Origin: Acidimicrobiia bacterium
GTDB lineage: Bacteria; Actinomycetota; Acidimicrobiia; Acidimicrobiales; Bin134
Assembly (NCBI GenBank): GCA_009842675.1
Contig: VYEX01000021.1
Coordinates: 11,572-75,571, forward strand
Length of the DNA: 64,000 bases
Direction of reading: 5' to 3'
Shown: one piece after another, positions 53,164 to 62,429 of the stretch
Position numbering within the stretch: position 1 is the stretch's first letter
Layout: each line of letters opens with the position of its first letter
Program-made: the position numbers and the translations under genes
The notes under the pieces: generated by a model
Told to the model about the DNA's origin: nothing
The model's input: the letters and a program-made list of their open reading frames with translations, nothing else
The model's database searches: none

Positions 53164-54749
53164 TGGGCAGCTCATTGGTCTTGCCGGTCATCATCTTCCT
53201 GCCCCTGGTGGGCGCAGCGGCCATCGCGATGATCGCCCCTTCCCGCTCGACGGTGCTCAAGCCAATAGCGGTTGCCACCTCAGCGGCCACCGGGGCGCTC
53301 ACCCTGTGGCTGATGGCCGCCTTCGACAAGAACGACGGCGGCTTCCAGTTCACCCAGCTCACTGAGTGGATCGAATCAGCCGGCATCTCCTGGCACGTCG
53401 GGGTGGATGGCATCTCGCTGTTCTTGGTGGTGCTCACCGGGCTGCTGTTCCCCATCGCCATCGTGGCCTGCGATCCGCCCCACGACGCCAAGGCCTACTA
53501 CATCTGGATGCTGGTGCTGGAAACCGGCTGTCTCGGGGTGTTCCTGGCGCTGGATCTGGTGCTGTTCTTCCTGTTCTTCGAGATCGTGCTGATCCCGATG
53601 TATTTCCTTATCGGCTCGTGGGGTCACGAGAACCGCAAGTACGCGGCCACCAAGTTCTTCTTGTTCACGATGTTGGGTTCGGCCCTCATGCTGGTGGGGA
53701 TGCTGGTGCTGGCCCTGCTCACCGCCCGGGAGACCGGCAACGCCGTCACGTTCAACGTCTTGGAACTGGCGCAGAGTGCGGGCGAACTGCCCACCATCAC
53801 CGCCCGCTGGATCTTCTTGTCGTTCGTGCTGGCCTTCGCGGTGAAGGTGCCCTTGTTCCCGGTGCACACTTGGCTGCCTGACGCCCACACCGAGGCTCCC
53901 ACCGCCGGTTCGGTGATCCTGGCCGGAGTGTTGCTCAAGCTGGGCACCTACGGGCTGGTCCGCTTCGGCCTGTATCTGTTCCCCGAAGCGTCCCGCTACT
54001 TCGCCCCGCTGCTGTTCACCCTGGGGGTGATCGGCATTCTCTACGGCGCGGTGGTGGCCACCATGCAGCGCGACCTGAAACGCCTGGTGGCCTACTCCTC
54101 GGTGGCCCACCTCGGGTTCATCGTGTTGGGCATCTTCTCCATCAACACCGAAGGCATCGAGGGCGGGCTGCTCCAGATGGTGAACCACGGCCTGTCCACC
54201 GGGGCGCTGTTCTTGCTGGTGGGATTCATTTACGAGCGCCGCCACACCCGCCAGATCTCCGAGATGATCGGACTCCAGAAGGCCGCCCCAGCGCTGGCCG
54301 CGGTGTTCACCGTGGTGATGCTGTCGTCGGTGGGCCTGCCCGGCCTCAACGGCTTCGTGGGCGAGTTCTTGATCTTGGCCGGCGCCTTCGTGGCCCACCG
54401 CTGGTGGGCGGTGGTGGCCGCCGCCGGGGTCATTTTGGCCGCGCTGTATCTGTTGTGGGCCTACCAGCGGGTGTTTCACGGCACCCCCGACGACGCCAAC
54501 CGGTCTATGCCCGATCTCAACTGGCAGGAGAAGTTGGTGATGGTACCGCTGGTGGGGCTCATTGTGTTCTTGGGGGTGTACCCCAAGCCGGTGATCGAGC
54601 GCATGGAGCCCGCCGTCAACGAGCTGATCTCTCATATGGAAGAAGTCGAGGGGTTCGAGTCACCCACCGTGGATGACCGGCCCGAGGGCAGCTTTGAGGA
54701 GCTCCGCACCCTCATAGATGACTACGGCGACGAGGGGGAGGGTCACTGA
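53163..54749 (+). CDS. nuoM: NADH-quinone oxidoreductase subunit M
   Basis: FAVKVPLFPVHTWLPDAHTEAPTAGSVILAGVLLKLG. Acidic C-terminal tail ending ...DDYGDEGEGH. Confidence 0.93.
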   Translation: MGSSLVLPVIIFLPLVGAAAIAMIAPSRSTVLKPIAVATSAATGALTLWLMAAFDKNDGGFQFTQLTEWIESAGISWHVGVDGISLFLVVLTGLLFPIAIVACDPPHDAKAYYIWMLVLETGCLGVFLALDLVLFFLFFEIVLIPMYFLIGSWGHENRKYAATKFFLFTMLGSALMLVGMLVLALLTARETGNAVTFNVLELAQSAGELPTITARWIFLSFVLAFAVKVPLFPVHTWLPDAHTEAPTAGSVILAGVLLKLGTYGLVRFGLYLFPEASRYFAPLLFTLGVIGILYGAVVATMQRDLKRLVAYSSVAHLGFIVLGIFSINTEGIEGGLLQMVNHGLSTGALFLLVGFIYERRHTRQISEMIGLQKAAPALAAVFTVVMLSSVGLPGLNGFVGEFLILAGAFVAHRWWAVVAAAGVILAALYLLWAYQRVFHGTPDDANRSMPDLNWQEKLVMVPLVGLIVFLGVYPKPVIERMEPAVNELISHMEEVEGFESPTVDDRPEGSFEELRTLIDDYGDEGEGH

Positions 54750-56251
54750 TGCTCTCCGTATTCGCCCAAGCCGAAATCCCTGATATCCAGTGGCTGCCCC
54801 TCATTCCCCATCTGGTGATGGCGGGGGCCGCGGTGGTGCTGTTGACCATCGTGTCCCTGGCCGGCAGCCGACTACCAGGGTGGTTTGCATCGGTTTTCAC
54901 CATGGCCGCCGGGCTGGGGGTGCTGGCCACTGCCATCCCGGTGTGGATACGGGTATCGCAGTGGGGCCCTCACTCGGCCGTTGCAGATTCGATTGGGGTG
55001 GACCAGTTCTCGGTGTTCATCATCGTGGTGCTGGCCTGCACGGTGATCTTGACCGCCCTGGTGGCCGACGGATTCTTGCACCGGGAGAGCCTCGACGGCC
55101 CGGCCTTCTACGTGTTGTTGATGCTGTCGGCCGCTGGCGGCATCACCATGGCCTCGGCCAACAACCTCATCGTGCTGTTCTTGGGCCTGGAGATCCTCTC
55201 GCTGGCGGTGTATGTGCTGGTGGCCATGCACCTGCGCCGGGCCGAGTCGCAGGAGGCGGGCATCAAGTATTTCGTGCTGGGGGCGTTCGCGTCGGCATTC
55301 CTGCTCTACGGCATCGCCCTGGTGTACGGGGCAACCGGATCGCTCAACTTGATTGAAATCGAGGGCATTCTCCAAAACAGTGATCTGAGCGACAACGGAT
55401 TGCTCTTGGCCGGTATGGGCATGCTGCTGGTGGGGTTCGGCTTCAAGGTGGCCGCGGTGCCGTTCCACGCTTGGACTCCTGATGTGTACCAGGGGGCGCC
55501 CTCGCCGGTGGTTTCGTACATGGCCGCTGGAGTGAAGGCCGCCGGATTTGCCGCCATGCTCCGGGTGTTCTTTGGCGGCTTCGGGGGACTTGCCGACGAC
55601 TGGCAGCCGGTGGTTTTCGGCTTGGCCATCGCCAGCTTGGCGGTGGGCTCGATGCTGGCCATCGTCCAGACCGACGTGAAGCGGATCCTGGCCTACTCCT
55701 CGATCAGCCACGCCGGGTTCATCCTTGTCGGCGTGCAGGCCGCCACTGACGACGGCGTGGCCAGCGTGCTGTTCTACCTGGCCGCCTACGCGGCCATGGC
55801 TATCGGCAGCTTCGCGGTGATCACCTTGGTGAGCGGCCCCGGCGACGAGGGCACCGGCCTCGACAGCCTGCGGGGATTGGCTGCCCGCCACCCGCTGCTT
55901 GCCGCCGCCTTCACGGTGCTGTTGCTGTCGCAGGCTGGAATCCCTTTCACCGTCGGGTTCTGGGCCAAGTTCGAGGTGATCACCGCCGCAGTTGACGCCC
56001 GGTCCTTCTGGCTGGCCGTCATCGCCATGCTGGCCGCGGTGGTGGCCGCCTTCTTGTACCTGCGGATCGTGGTGGCCATGTTCCTCGATGCCCCCGATCC
56101 CGACGCCCCCCGCCTGCGAATCCCAAGAGGTCCTGCTTTGGCCATCACCATCGTGGTGCTGTTCACCCTGGCCTTCGGCATCTACCCCGAACCCATTCTT
56201 GACCTCGCCGACCACGCCCAATTGACACTCCAGCACTTCTCCGCCCGATAG
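54749..56251 (+). CDS. nuoN: NADH-quinone oxidoreductase subunit N
   Basis: GFKVAAVPFHAWTPDVYQGAPSPVVSYMAAGVKAAG. Last gene of the contiguous nuoA-N series, most junctions being overlapping stop/start pairs. Confidence 0.93.
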   Translation: MLSVFAQAEIPDIQWLPLIPHLVMAGAAVVLLTIVSLAGSRLPGWFASVFTMAAGLGVLATAIPVWIRVSQWGPHSAVADSIGVDQFSVFIIVVLACTVILTALVADGFLHRESLDGPAFYVLLMLSAAGGITMASANNLIVLFLGLEILSLAVYVLVAMHLRRAESQEAGIKYFVLGAFASAFLLYGIALVYGATGSLNLIEIEGILQNSDLSDNGLLLAGMGMLLVGFGFKVAAVPFHAWTPDVYQGAPSPVVSYMAAGVKAAGFAAMLRVFFGGFGGLADDWQPVVFGLAIASLAVGSMLAIVQTDVKRILAYSSISHAGFILVGVQAATDDGVASVLFYLAAYAAMAIGSFAVITLVSGPGDEGTGLDSLRGLAARHPLLAAAFTVLLLSQAGIPFTVGFWAKFEVITAAVDARSFWLAVIAMLAAVVAAFLYLRIVVAMFLDAPDPDAPRLRIPRGPALAITIVVLFTLAFGIYPEPILDLADHAQLTLQHFSAR

Positions 56252-56331
56252 CTTGCCGCCTCATTCCTGCCAGTTTCGGCGAAGGCGTTGGTAGGCTGAA
56301 CCCTTTGTAGGTGGAACAGGATGGTGACTTG

Positions 56332-57249
56332 ATGCGGGCAAGTCGATGCCGATTGATTGTCGCTGCGCTAGCAGCGGCGGCCGTGTTGTTGCTCGGCCTA
56401 GCCGCGTGTGGAAACGATGACGATGGGGCGGGCGCGCCACCGCCCCCCAAGACCGAACGGGATGCCTACACCAAGTGGTATGTGCAGCAGGCCGTGGATC
56501 GATACGAAGAGACCGGCCGACAGGCCACCCTCGACTACTACAACAATGAGGCCAGCACCGACGACCAGTGGTACATATTCATCTCCGACATCGACACGGG
56601 CACCATCGTGGCCCACGCCATTCCCTCTCGGGTGGGCACCTACTCAGCCGACAATGTGGACATAACCGGCCATGCTTACGGTGAGCTGCTGTTTGCTTCG
56701 CCCGAGTCGGGCCACTGGGTGGACTACGTGTTCTACAACCCGCAAACGGGCACCGGCGGCACCAAGCACTCCTGGGCCGTCAGTCGGGACAACTTGATCA
56801 TTGGCTCTGGCTGGTACGAGGACTCCTATCCCGTTCCCCGACCCACGAAATCTGAGCCCGGCTCTTACACCAGGGCATTCGTCGAAGACACGGTGTGGTT
56901 CTATGAGAGCAACGGTCAGGCCGCACTGATCGACCATCTGAATTCCCCCGACAGCACTGATCCCCTAAGCGTGGACGGGCAGTGGTACGGATTCGCCTTC
57001 GATCTCGACGGCGTGGTTCTGGCCCATCCCACGGTCCCCGAGAATGTGGGCATGACCCTCCATGAGATTCTCGGCGCCACTCCCGAGGGCCTGGCTGCCG
57101 CCGATGAGATGGTGACCGCCACCGAGGCGGGCAAATGGGTGGACTACACCTACATCAATCCCCAAAGCGGGGTGTGGGAGACCAAGCACACCTGGATCGT
57201 CAAGCGAGACGAAATTCACATCGCCTCCGGCTGGTACGAGTCTGGTTAG
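56332..57249 (+). CDS. lipoprotein with two Cache-like (sCache_2-type) repeats
   Basis: Lipobox LLGLAACGNDDD. Two internally similar halves: DDQWYIFISDIDTGTIVAHA...GHWVDYVFYNPQTGTGGTKHSWAV...IGSGWYE and DGQWYGFAFDLDGVVLAHP...GKWVDYTYINPQSGVWETKHTWIV...IASGWYE. Confidence 0.6.
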   Translation: MRASRCRLIVAALAAAAVLLLGLAACGNDDDGAGAPPPPKTERDAYTKWYVQQAVDRYEETGRQATLDYYNNEASTDDQWYIFISDIDTGTIVAHAIPSRVGTYSADNVDITGHAYGELLFASPESGHWVDYVFYNPQTGTGGTKHSWAVSRDNLIIGSGWYEDSYPVPRPTKSEPGSYTRAFVEDTVWFYESNGQAALIDHLNSPDSTDPLSVDGQWYGFAFDLDGVVLAHPTVPENVGMTLHEILGATPEGLAAADEMVTATEAGKWVDYTYINPQSGVWETKHTWIVKRDEIHIASGWYESG

Positions 57250-57271
57250 GAGGCGGCGAAGCTCGCCGCGG

Positions 57272-58957
57272 CTAAGGCGAGATCAGCCCGTCTTGGGGGT
57301 GGGCCCAGGGCAGCTTGGGCACATGTTCGATCTGCTTGGGCCGTTCAAGGGCAATATGGCCGATGGGGACGTCGATGATCACCGGTGTCGGCTGCTCCAG
57401 GGCGGTCGGAATCAAGGTGTCAAGATCCATGGGGTCGTCGGCTCTCATGCCGATGGCGCCGAACGACTCGGCGTACTTCACGAAGTCTGGGTTGACGAGG
57501 TCGGTTTCGTGCGTGCCGCCGAACAAGTCGTCCAGATCGCGGGCAACATTTCCGAAAGAGTCGTCTCTGAAGATGACGGTTGTGACATTGATTCCGTACT
57601 TCACAGCAGTTGACAACTCCGATGAGTTGAACAGGAAGCCCCCGTCCCCGGCGACGCACACCACGGGGCGATCTGGTTGGGCCACCTTTGCTCCCAGCGC
57701 AGTCGGCAAGGCGTATCCCAAATTGAACGAATAGCCGGAGTCGATGAAAGTCCTCGGCTGGTTCACTTGCCAGTGGGTGCGAGCATAGAAACCGAACTGG
57801 GTGACGTCCCAGATTGTGAAGGCGTCTTCGGGTGTTCCCCGCTGAAGCGCCTCCAAGATTGGGTACTGCGGCTCTTTGAATCGGATGTCGTAGTAGGCGA
57901 TGAGACGGCGGGCGGCGGTCACCGCATCAGCCGGTGACGGACGGTCTTGGCATCCGGCATCAATGAGCGGCGGCAAGAGCGCCTTGATCGTCGCTTTGGC
58001 GTCACCGTGCAGGGGAATGGTGTTGGCTTGAATCCGAGTGAGGTCGAAGTCGTCGATGTTGATGTTGACGAGCGTCGACGACTCTCCCGCCGGATTGCCC
58101 AGAGAAAAGCGTGTTCCAATCCCGATGACCACATCGGCGGTCTTCATCACATCCAGCAGCTGGTTCAATTCGTGCCGCTCACCGCCAGGGCTGACACATG
58201 ATCCATAGCACAACCGATGGGAATCGGGGATGGCGCCCTTTCCGCCGCCCGAAGTCACCACCGGGATGTTGGTGGCTTCGACCAGCTCGAGGAGCGCCTG
58301 CTCTGCGCCGGAGAGAGCCACTCCACCTCCGGCGACGATCAGTGGAAGGCGGGATTGCGAAATGGCCGCCGCCGCGCCTTGCAGATGCTCGCGGCTAGGC
58401 ACAACTGGCGATATCGGAACGGGATCCCGTAGCTCGACTTCATCTCGTTCCACCAGGGCATCCGGTGGGCATTCGATGTAAGTCGGACGGGGGCGGCCGG
58501 TGCGCATTTGCCGAAAAGCCTCGGATACGGCCGCGGGTATCTCTCTGGGCGTCAGGGCTTGTTGGCGCCATTTGGTGAGGGATCGAACGATGTCCATCTG
58601 GTCGTCGATCTCATGGACGCCTCCCAGGTCTTTCCCCATCTGCCCTCGGGGAATCTGTCCGGCGAGGAGCAAGATTGGCGATGAGCGGGAGTAGGCGGTG
58701 GCCAAACCCCCTGATGCGTTGCATACCCCCACCCCGGGAACCACCAAGGCCACTCCCGGCTTGCCTGACGCTCGGGCGTATCCGTAGGCCATGAAGGTCG
58801 AGGCCTGCTCGTGTCGATTGGTGATCATCTTGATACCGGGCTCGTCTCGCAGCGCGGCCACGATTCCGTAGAGCTGGATGCCGGGAATGCCAAAGACAAC
58901 CTCGACACCCTCTCGGACCAGCGCCTTGACCAGCGCTTCGCCTCCGCTCAACTTCAC
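57272..58957 (-). CDS. thiamine pyrophosphate-dependent enzyme (acetolactate synthase large-subunit-like)
   Basis: N-terminal GGEALVKALVREGVEVVFGIPG and C-terminal TPP motif GDGGFLFNSSELSTAVKYGINVTTVIFRDDSFGNV. The substrate cannot be assigned. Confidence 0.85.
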   Translation of the reverse strand: MKLSGGEALVKALVREGVEVVFGIPGIQLYGIVAALRDEPGIKMITNRHEQASTFMAYGYARASGKPGVALVVPGVGVCNASGGLATAYSRSSPILLLAGQIPRGQMGKDLGGVHEIDDQMDIVRSLTKWRQQALTPREIPAAVSEAFRQMRTGRPRPTYIECPPDALVERDEVELRDPVPISPVVPSREHLQGAAAAISQSRLPLIVAGGGVALSGAEQALLELVEATNIPVVTSGGGKGAIPDSHRLCYGSCVSPGGERHELNQLLDVMKTADVVIGIGTRFSLGNPAGESSTLVNINIDDFDLTRIQANTIPLHGDAKATIKALLPPLIDAGCQDRPSPADAVTAARRLIAYYDIRFKEPQYPILEALQRGTPEDAFTIWDVTQFGFYARTHWQVNQPRTFIDSGYSFNLGYALPTALGAKVAQPDRPVVCVAGDGGFLFNSSELSTAVKYGINVTTVIFRDDSFGNVARDLDDLFGGTHETDLVNPDFVKYAESFGAIGMRADDPMDLDTLIPTALEQPTPVIIDVPIGHIALERPKQIEHVPKLPWAHPQDGLISP

Positions 58958-58991
58958 GGCATCATTCTTGCACCCGTTGAATCGAGTGCGG

Positions 58992-60332
58992 TTACCGGGA
59001 CGGTACGAGGCGGTACACGGTGTCGTCGAAGCTCAGGACATAGAGTTCACCGGCTGCGTCCTCTCCGAACGACACCAGGGTTCCCTGGGGGACAGAGAGG
59101 CCCAGCTCTACCCGGGTGGCCGCGCCCTGATCGTCGATGGTCAGACCCCAGATGCGGCCCTGACAGAAGTCGCCAAACACGTAGGTGCCCACTAGGTGGG
59201 GGATGGCCGTTCCCCGGTACACATGGCCCCCGGTGATCGAGCAGCCGTCGTCGTGGTGGTAGACGTAAGCCGGAAAGTCCAGGTCGTCGGGGGTGGCCGT
59301 CCCGGAGAATCGCTCATCGCCCTCGAACAGCGGCCAGCCCAAGTTGGCCCCCGGCTTCCAGTCGTCGGCCGCTCTCAGCACGTGGATCTCTTCCCAGGTG
59401 TTCTGGCCAACGTCGGCGATCCACAAATCGCCGGTGGCCCGGTCGAACGAGAACCGCCACGGGTTGCGGGCCCCGTAGTGCCATATCTCGGCTCGCCCCC
59501 CGCCATCGGCAAACGGGTTGTCGGCGGGGATGGAGTAGGCCGAACCGCCGTCGGACTTGGGGTCTATGCGGACCATGGTGGCGAGCAGGGTGTCCAGATC
59601 CTGGCCCTGGTTGAACATGTCATCGCGGCCGCCGCCGTCGCCGAACCCGATCCACAGGTAGCCGTCGGGACCGACGACGATGTGGCCGCCGTTGTGGTTG
59701 CAAGCTGGCTCGTCCACGCTCAGCACCGTCCGCCCCTGGTCGCCCTCAACCCATTGCCCGCTCATGGGGTACTCCACGATCTGGTTGTCGCCCCGCAGAT
59801 CGGTGTAGTGGAGGTAGAGTTTCGATCCGTCCAGGGAAAAGGCGATGCCCAGCAGTCCTTCCTCGCAGTCGGTGGTGGTGAGGTCGCCGATGTCCAGCAC
59901 CGCCTCCGGGGGCTCATCGCCATCGGCGGCCATGAGCCACACTCGCCCGTCTCGAGTGGCCACGTACAAGTCACCCGTGCCGCTGCCGGTACCCGGTCGA
60001 TAGATCAGGGCAATGGGATCGGGCAGTGAGACCACCGGGACAAGCTCCAGCGATGGCTCGTCTGGCTGAATGGCTGGTGCCGGCTGGCCGTCTTCGGCTT
60101 GTTCGGGGCCAGGGTCGACGGCGAGGGAGGAGGTGACCCCTGGCTCTGGAGTCTGGTCGGCCGCGGGCACAGCAGCTTCGACCGTGGGGGTGGCGGCCCC
60201 CGGGGCGTCGGCGGTCGTAGTGCTTTGACCCCCACTGCCAGATCGCCCGTCATCGTCGTTGTTTCCCCCGCAGGCACTGGCCAGCAGGCCAACGGCAGCG
60301 ATTACCGCCAGCAGCCTCAGTCCGAGGCTCAC
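58992..60332 (-). CDS. PQQ-dependent sugar dehydrogenase family lipoprotein (glucose/sorbosone dehydrogenase beta-propeller)
   Basis: Lipobox GLLASACGGNNDD, a Pro/Ala-rich linker, then HNGGHIVVGPDGYLWIGFGDGGG, YGARNPWRFSFD and GWPLFEG motifs. Confidence 0.78.
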   Translation of the reverse strand: MSLGLRLLAVIAAVGLLASACGGNNDDDGRSGSGGQSTTTADAPGAATPTVEAAVPAADQTPEPGVTSSLAVDPGPEQAEDGQPAPAIQPDEPSLELVPVVSLPDPIALIYRPGTGSGTGDLYVATRDGRVWLMAADGDEPPEAVLDIGDLTTTDCEEGLLGIAFSLDGSKLYLHYTDLRGDNQIVEYPMSGQWVEGDQGRTVLSVDEPACNHNGGHIVVGPDGYLWIGFGDGGGRDDMFNQGQDLDTLLATMVRIDPKSDGGSAYSIPADNPFADGGGRAEIWHYGARNPWRFSFDRATGDLWIADVGQNTWEEIHVLRAADDWKPGANLGWPLFEGDERFSGTATPDDLDFPAYVYHHDDGCSITGGHVYRGTAIPHLVGTYVFGDFCQGRIWGLTIDDQGAATRVELGLSVPQGTLVSFGEDAAGELYVLSFDDTVYRLVPSR

Positions 60333-61174
60333 GACTGCTTTCGCAACGGTCGGATCAAGCCCTCCTGCACGACCGAGGCCACCAGCTCACCGGTGCGGTT
60401 CCACGCCGTGCCCCACGCTAGGCCCCGAGCGTTGGACGCCGAGTTGGACACCTGATCCAAGAAGATCCAGTCGTCCATGCGCAGCGGTCGGTGGAACCAC
60501 ATGGCGTGGTCCAGGCTGGCTGCCTGAATGTCGATCTCGTTGCCCCGCACCGGCAGGGCCTTGGTGGCGGTGTCCAGAACCGTCATGTCGCTGGCGTAGG
60601 TGAACATGCAGGTGTGCAGCACCGGATTCTCGGGCAACGTGCCGGTAGCCCGCAGCCACACCTGCAAGCGGGGCTCACGGTTCTGGCCTCGCTCTGCGGG
60701 TGAGCCGGTCACGTAGCGCAGCTCAATGGGGCGGATCATCCGTCCTTGGTCGTCAACCGGAAAACCGTCCCACACAAACGGCTCCAGTTCTTCGGGGTCG
60801 GGAATCCCCGTGGGCAAGTCGGTCTGGTGCTCGAAGCCCTCTTCTTGCTTGTGAAACGAGGCCGACATGGCGAAGATGGGCTGGCCGTGCTGGATGGCGG
60901 TCACCCGCCGGGTGGCGAACGAGCGGCCGTCGCGCACCCGCTCCACCAGATACACCAGGGGGGCCGATACGTCGCCGGGGCGGATGAAGTAGGCCTGGAG
61001 GCTGTGGACCGAGCGGTTCTCCACCGTGCGGGTGGCGGCCACCAACGCCTGGCCGGCCACCTGACCGCCGAACACCCGCTGGCGATCCTCTTGGGGGCTG
61101 ACCCCCCGGAAGATGTCCTCTTCGATGGGCTCCAGATCCAGCAGCTCGATCAGCGCATCTACCTCAGCCTGCAT
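60329..61174 (-). CDS. tesB: acyl-CoA thioesterase II
   Basis: LLDLEPIEEDIFRGVSPQEDRQRVFGGQVAGQALVAA..., a double hot-dog fold length, and C-terminal SLDHAMWFHRPLRMDDW. Confidence 0.9.
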   Translation of the reverse strand: MQAEVDALIELLDLEPIEEDIFRGVSPQEDRQRVFGGQVAGQALVAATRTVENRSVHSLQAYFIRPGDVSAPLVYLVERVRDGRSFATRRVTAIQHGQPIFAMSASFHKQEEGFEHQTDLPTGIPDPEELEPFVWDGFPVDDQGRMIRPIELRYVTGSPAERGQNREPRLQVWLRATGTLPENPVLHTCMFTYASDMTVLDTATKALPVRGNEIDIQAASLDHAMWFHRPLRMDDWIFLDQVSNSASNARGLAWGTAWNRTGELVASVVQEGLIRPLRKQS

Positions 61175-61304
61175 GACCGATTGATCCTACCGTTTGCCCC
61201 AACGATTCCCTGTTGCCCAATCGCCGGTTCCCTCCTGCTGTGCTCCCGCTGTGGCCTTGCCGTAGTCGATATTGCAGGGTGCTGGGGTACGCTTATTGCT
61301 CCCC

Positions 61305-61802
61305 ATGTCGCTTCTTGTGTCCGCCCGCGCTCATGTCACCGACAACTGGCAGCGCCTGTTGCGCTACTGCGGCACGTCCGCGGTGGGGGTGGTTTTGGGC
61401 CAGACCATTCTGCGGGTGTGCTACGACCTGCTGGGCTGGTCGGGGCTGGTGTCCAACCTGGTGGCGTTCATCATTGCCAACATCCCCGTGTACTTCCTGT
61501 ACCGGGGTTGGGTGTGGAGCAGCGATGGCCCTACCCAGTGGGGCCGAGTGGTGCTGCCCTTCTGGCTGGTCTCTCTGGCCGGGCTGGCCGTGTCTTCGCT
61601 GGCCGTGGGCTTGGTGGACGCCGCTACCGACAATGGCTGGTACATCACCGCGGCGTCGGTGGCCGCCTTCGGAACGGTGTGGCTGGTGAAGTACGCGGTG
61701 TGCGACCGATACCTGTTCGGCACTCTGCTGGAAAACAACGGCTCTTCCGAGCGGACCCCCGAATTGGCTGGCGATGGAACCCAGTCGACGGGCGTTCGCT
61801 GA
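61305..61802 (+). CDS. GtrA-family membrane protein
   Basis: LLRYCGTSAVGVVLGQTIL...NLVAFIIANIPVYFLYRGWVW...VWLVKYAVCDRYLF. Four TM helices, typical GtrA-like pattern. Start uncertain (the ORF opens at 61272). Confidence 0.7.
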   Translation: MSLLVSARAHVTDNWQRLLRYCGTSAVGVVLGQTILRVCYDLLGWSGLVSNLVAFIIANIPVYFLYRGWVWSSDGPTQWGRVVLPFWLVSLAGLAVSSLAVGLVDAATDNGWYITAASVAAFGTVWLVKYAVCDRYLFGTLLENNGSSERTPELAGDGTQSTGVR

Positions 61803-62403
61803 GGCCGCCCGGGGGTTCATGCCTCCAAACGAGGGGCTGGCCCTGCACTACGCGGCCTGCAATTTGGACGTGGCTGGGCCGCTGCTCGAGGTGGGCAGCT
61901 ACTGCGGCAAGTCGTCGGTGTATCTGGGCGACGCTGCCCAAGCCCAAGGCCGGGTGCTGTTCGCCCTCGACCACCACCGGGGATCAGAGGAGAACCAGCC
62001 CGGCTGGGAGTGGCACGAGCCCGACCTCGTCGATCCCGAAGTAGGCCTGATCGACACCCTGCCCCACTTCCGCCGCACGATCCACCAGGCCGGGTTGGAG
62101 CAGAACGTGGTGGCGTTGGTGGGCGACTCGGTGGCCATCGCCCAGAACTGGTCCACCCCGCTGGCCTTTCTGTTCATCGACGGTGGCCACGGCACCGAGC
62201 CGGCTCACGCCGACTATGAGAACTGGGTGCCCCACGTGGCTATCGGGGGCCGCCTCGCCATCCACGACGTGTTCCCCGACCCCGCCGACGGCGGCCGTCC
62301 GCCCTATGAGATCTACTGCCGGGCTATGGAATCCGGTGCCTTCGCCGAGTCGCCCGCCACCGGCTCCCTGCGAGTCCTCACCCGCCACGCCTCCGGCATC
62401 TGA
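61774..62403 (+). CDS. class I SAM-dependent methyltransferase (Methyltransf_24-like)
   Basis: LLEVGSYCGKSSVYLG, LAFLFIDGGHGTEPAHADY, GGRLAIHDVF. An alternative ATG at 61819 would avoid overlap with the gtrA-like gene. Confidence 0.7.
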   Translation: MEPSRRAFAEAARGFMPPNEGLALHYAACNLDVAGPLLEVGSYCGKSSVYLGDAAQAQGRVLFALDHHRGSEENQPGWEWHEPDLVDPEVGLIDTLPHFRRTIHQAGLEQNVVALVGDSVAIAQNWSTPLAFLFIDGGHGTEPAHADYENWVPHVAIGGRLAIHDVFPDPADGGRPPYEIYCRAMESGAFAESPATGSLRVLTRHASGI

Positions 62404-62429
62404 TAAGGCACGCCACTAGCTTCTGAGGC

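Noticed and set aside
56252-56331. Possible terminator or small RNA after nuoN.
   Set aside because: Only short imperfect complementarity (GCCGCC...GGCG) with no U-tract. Nothing supportable.
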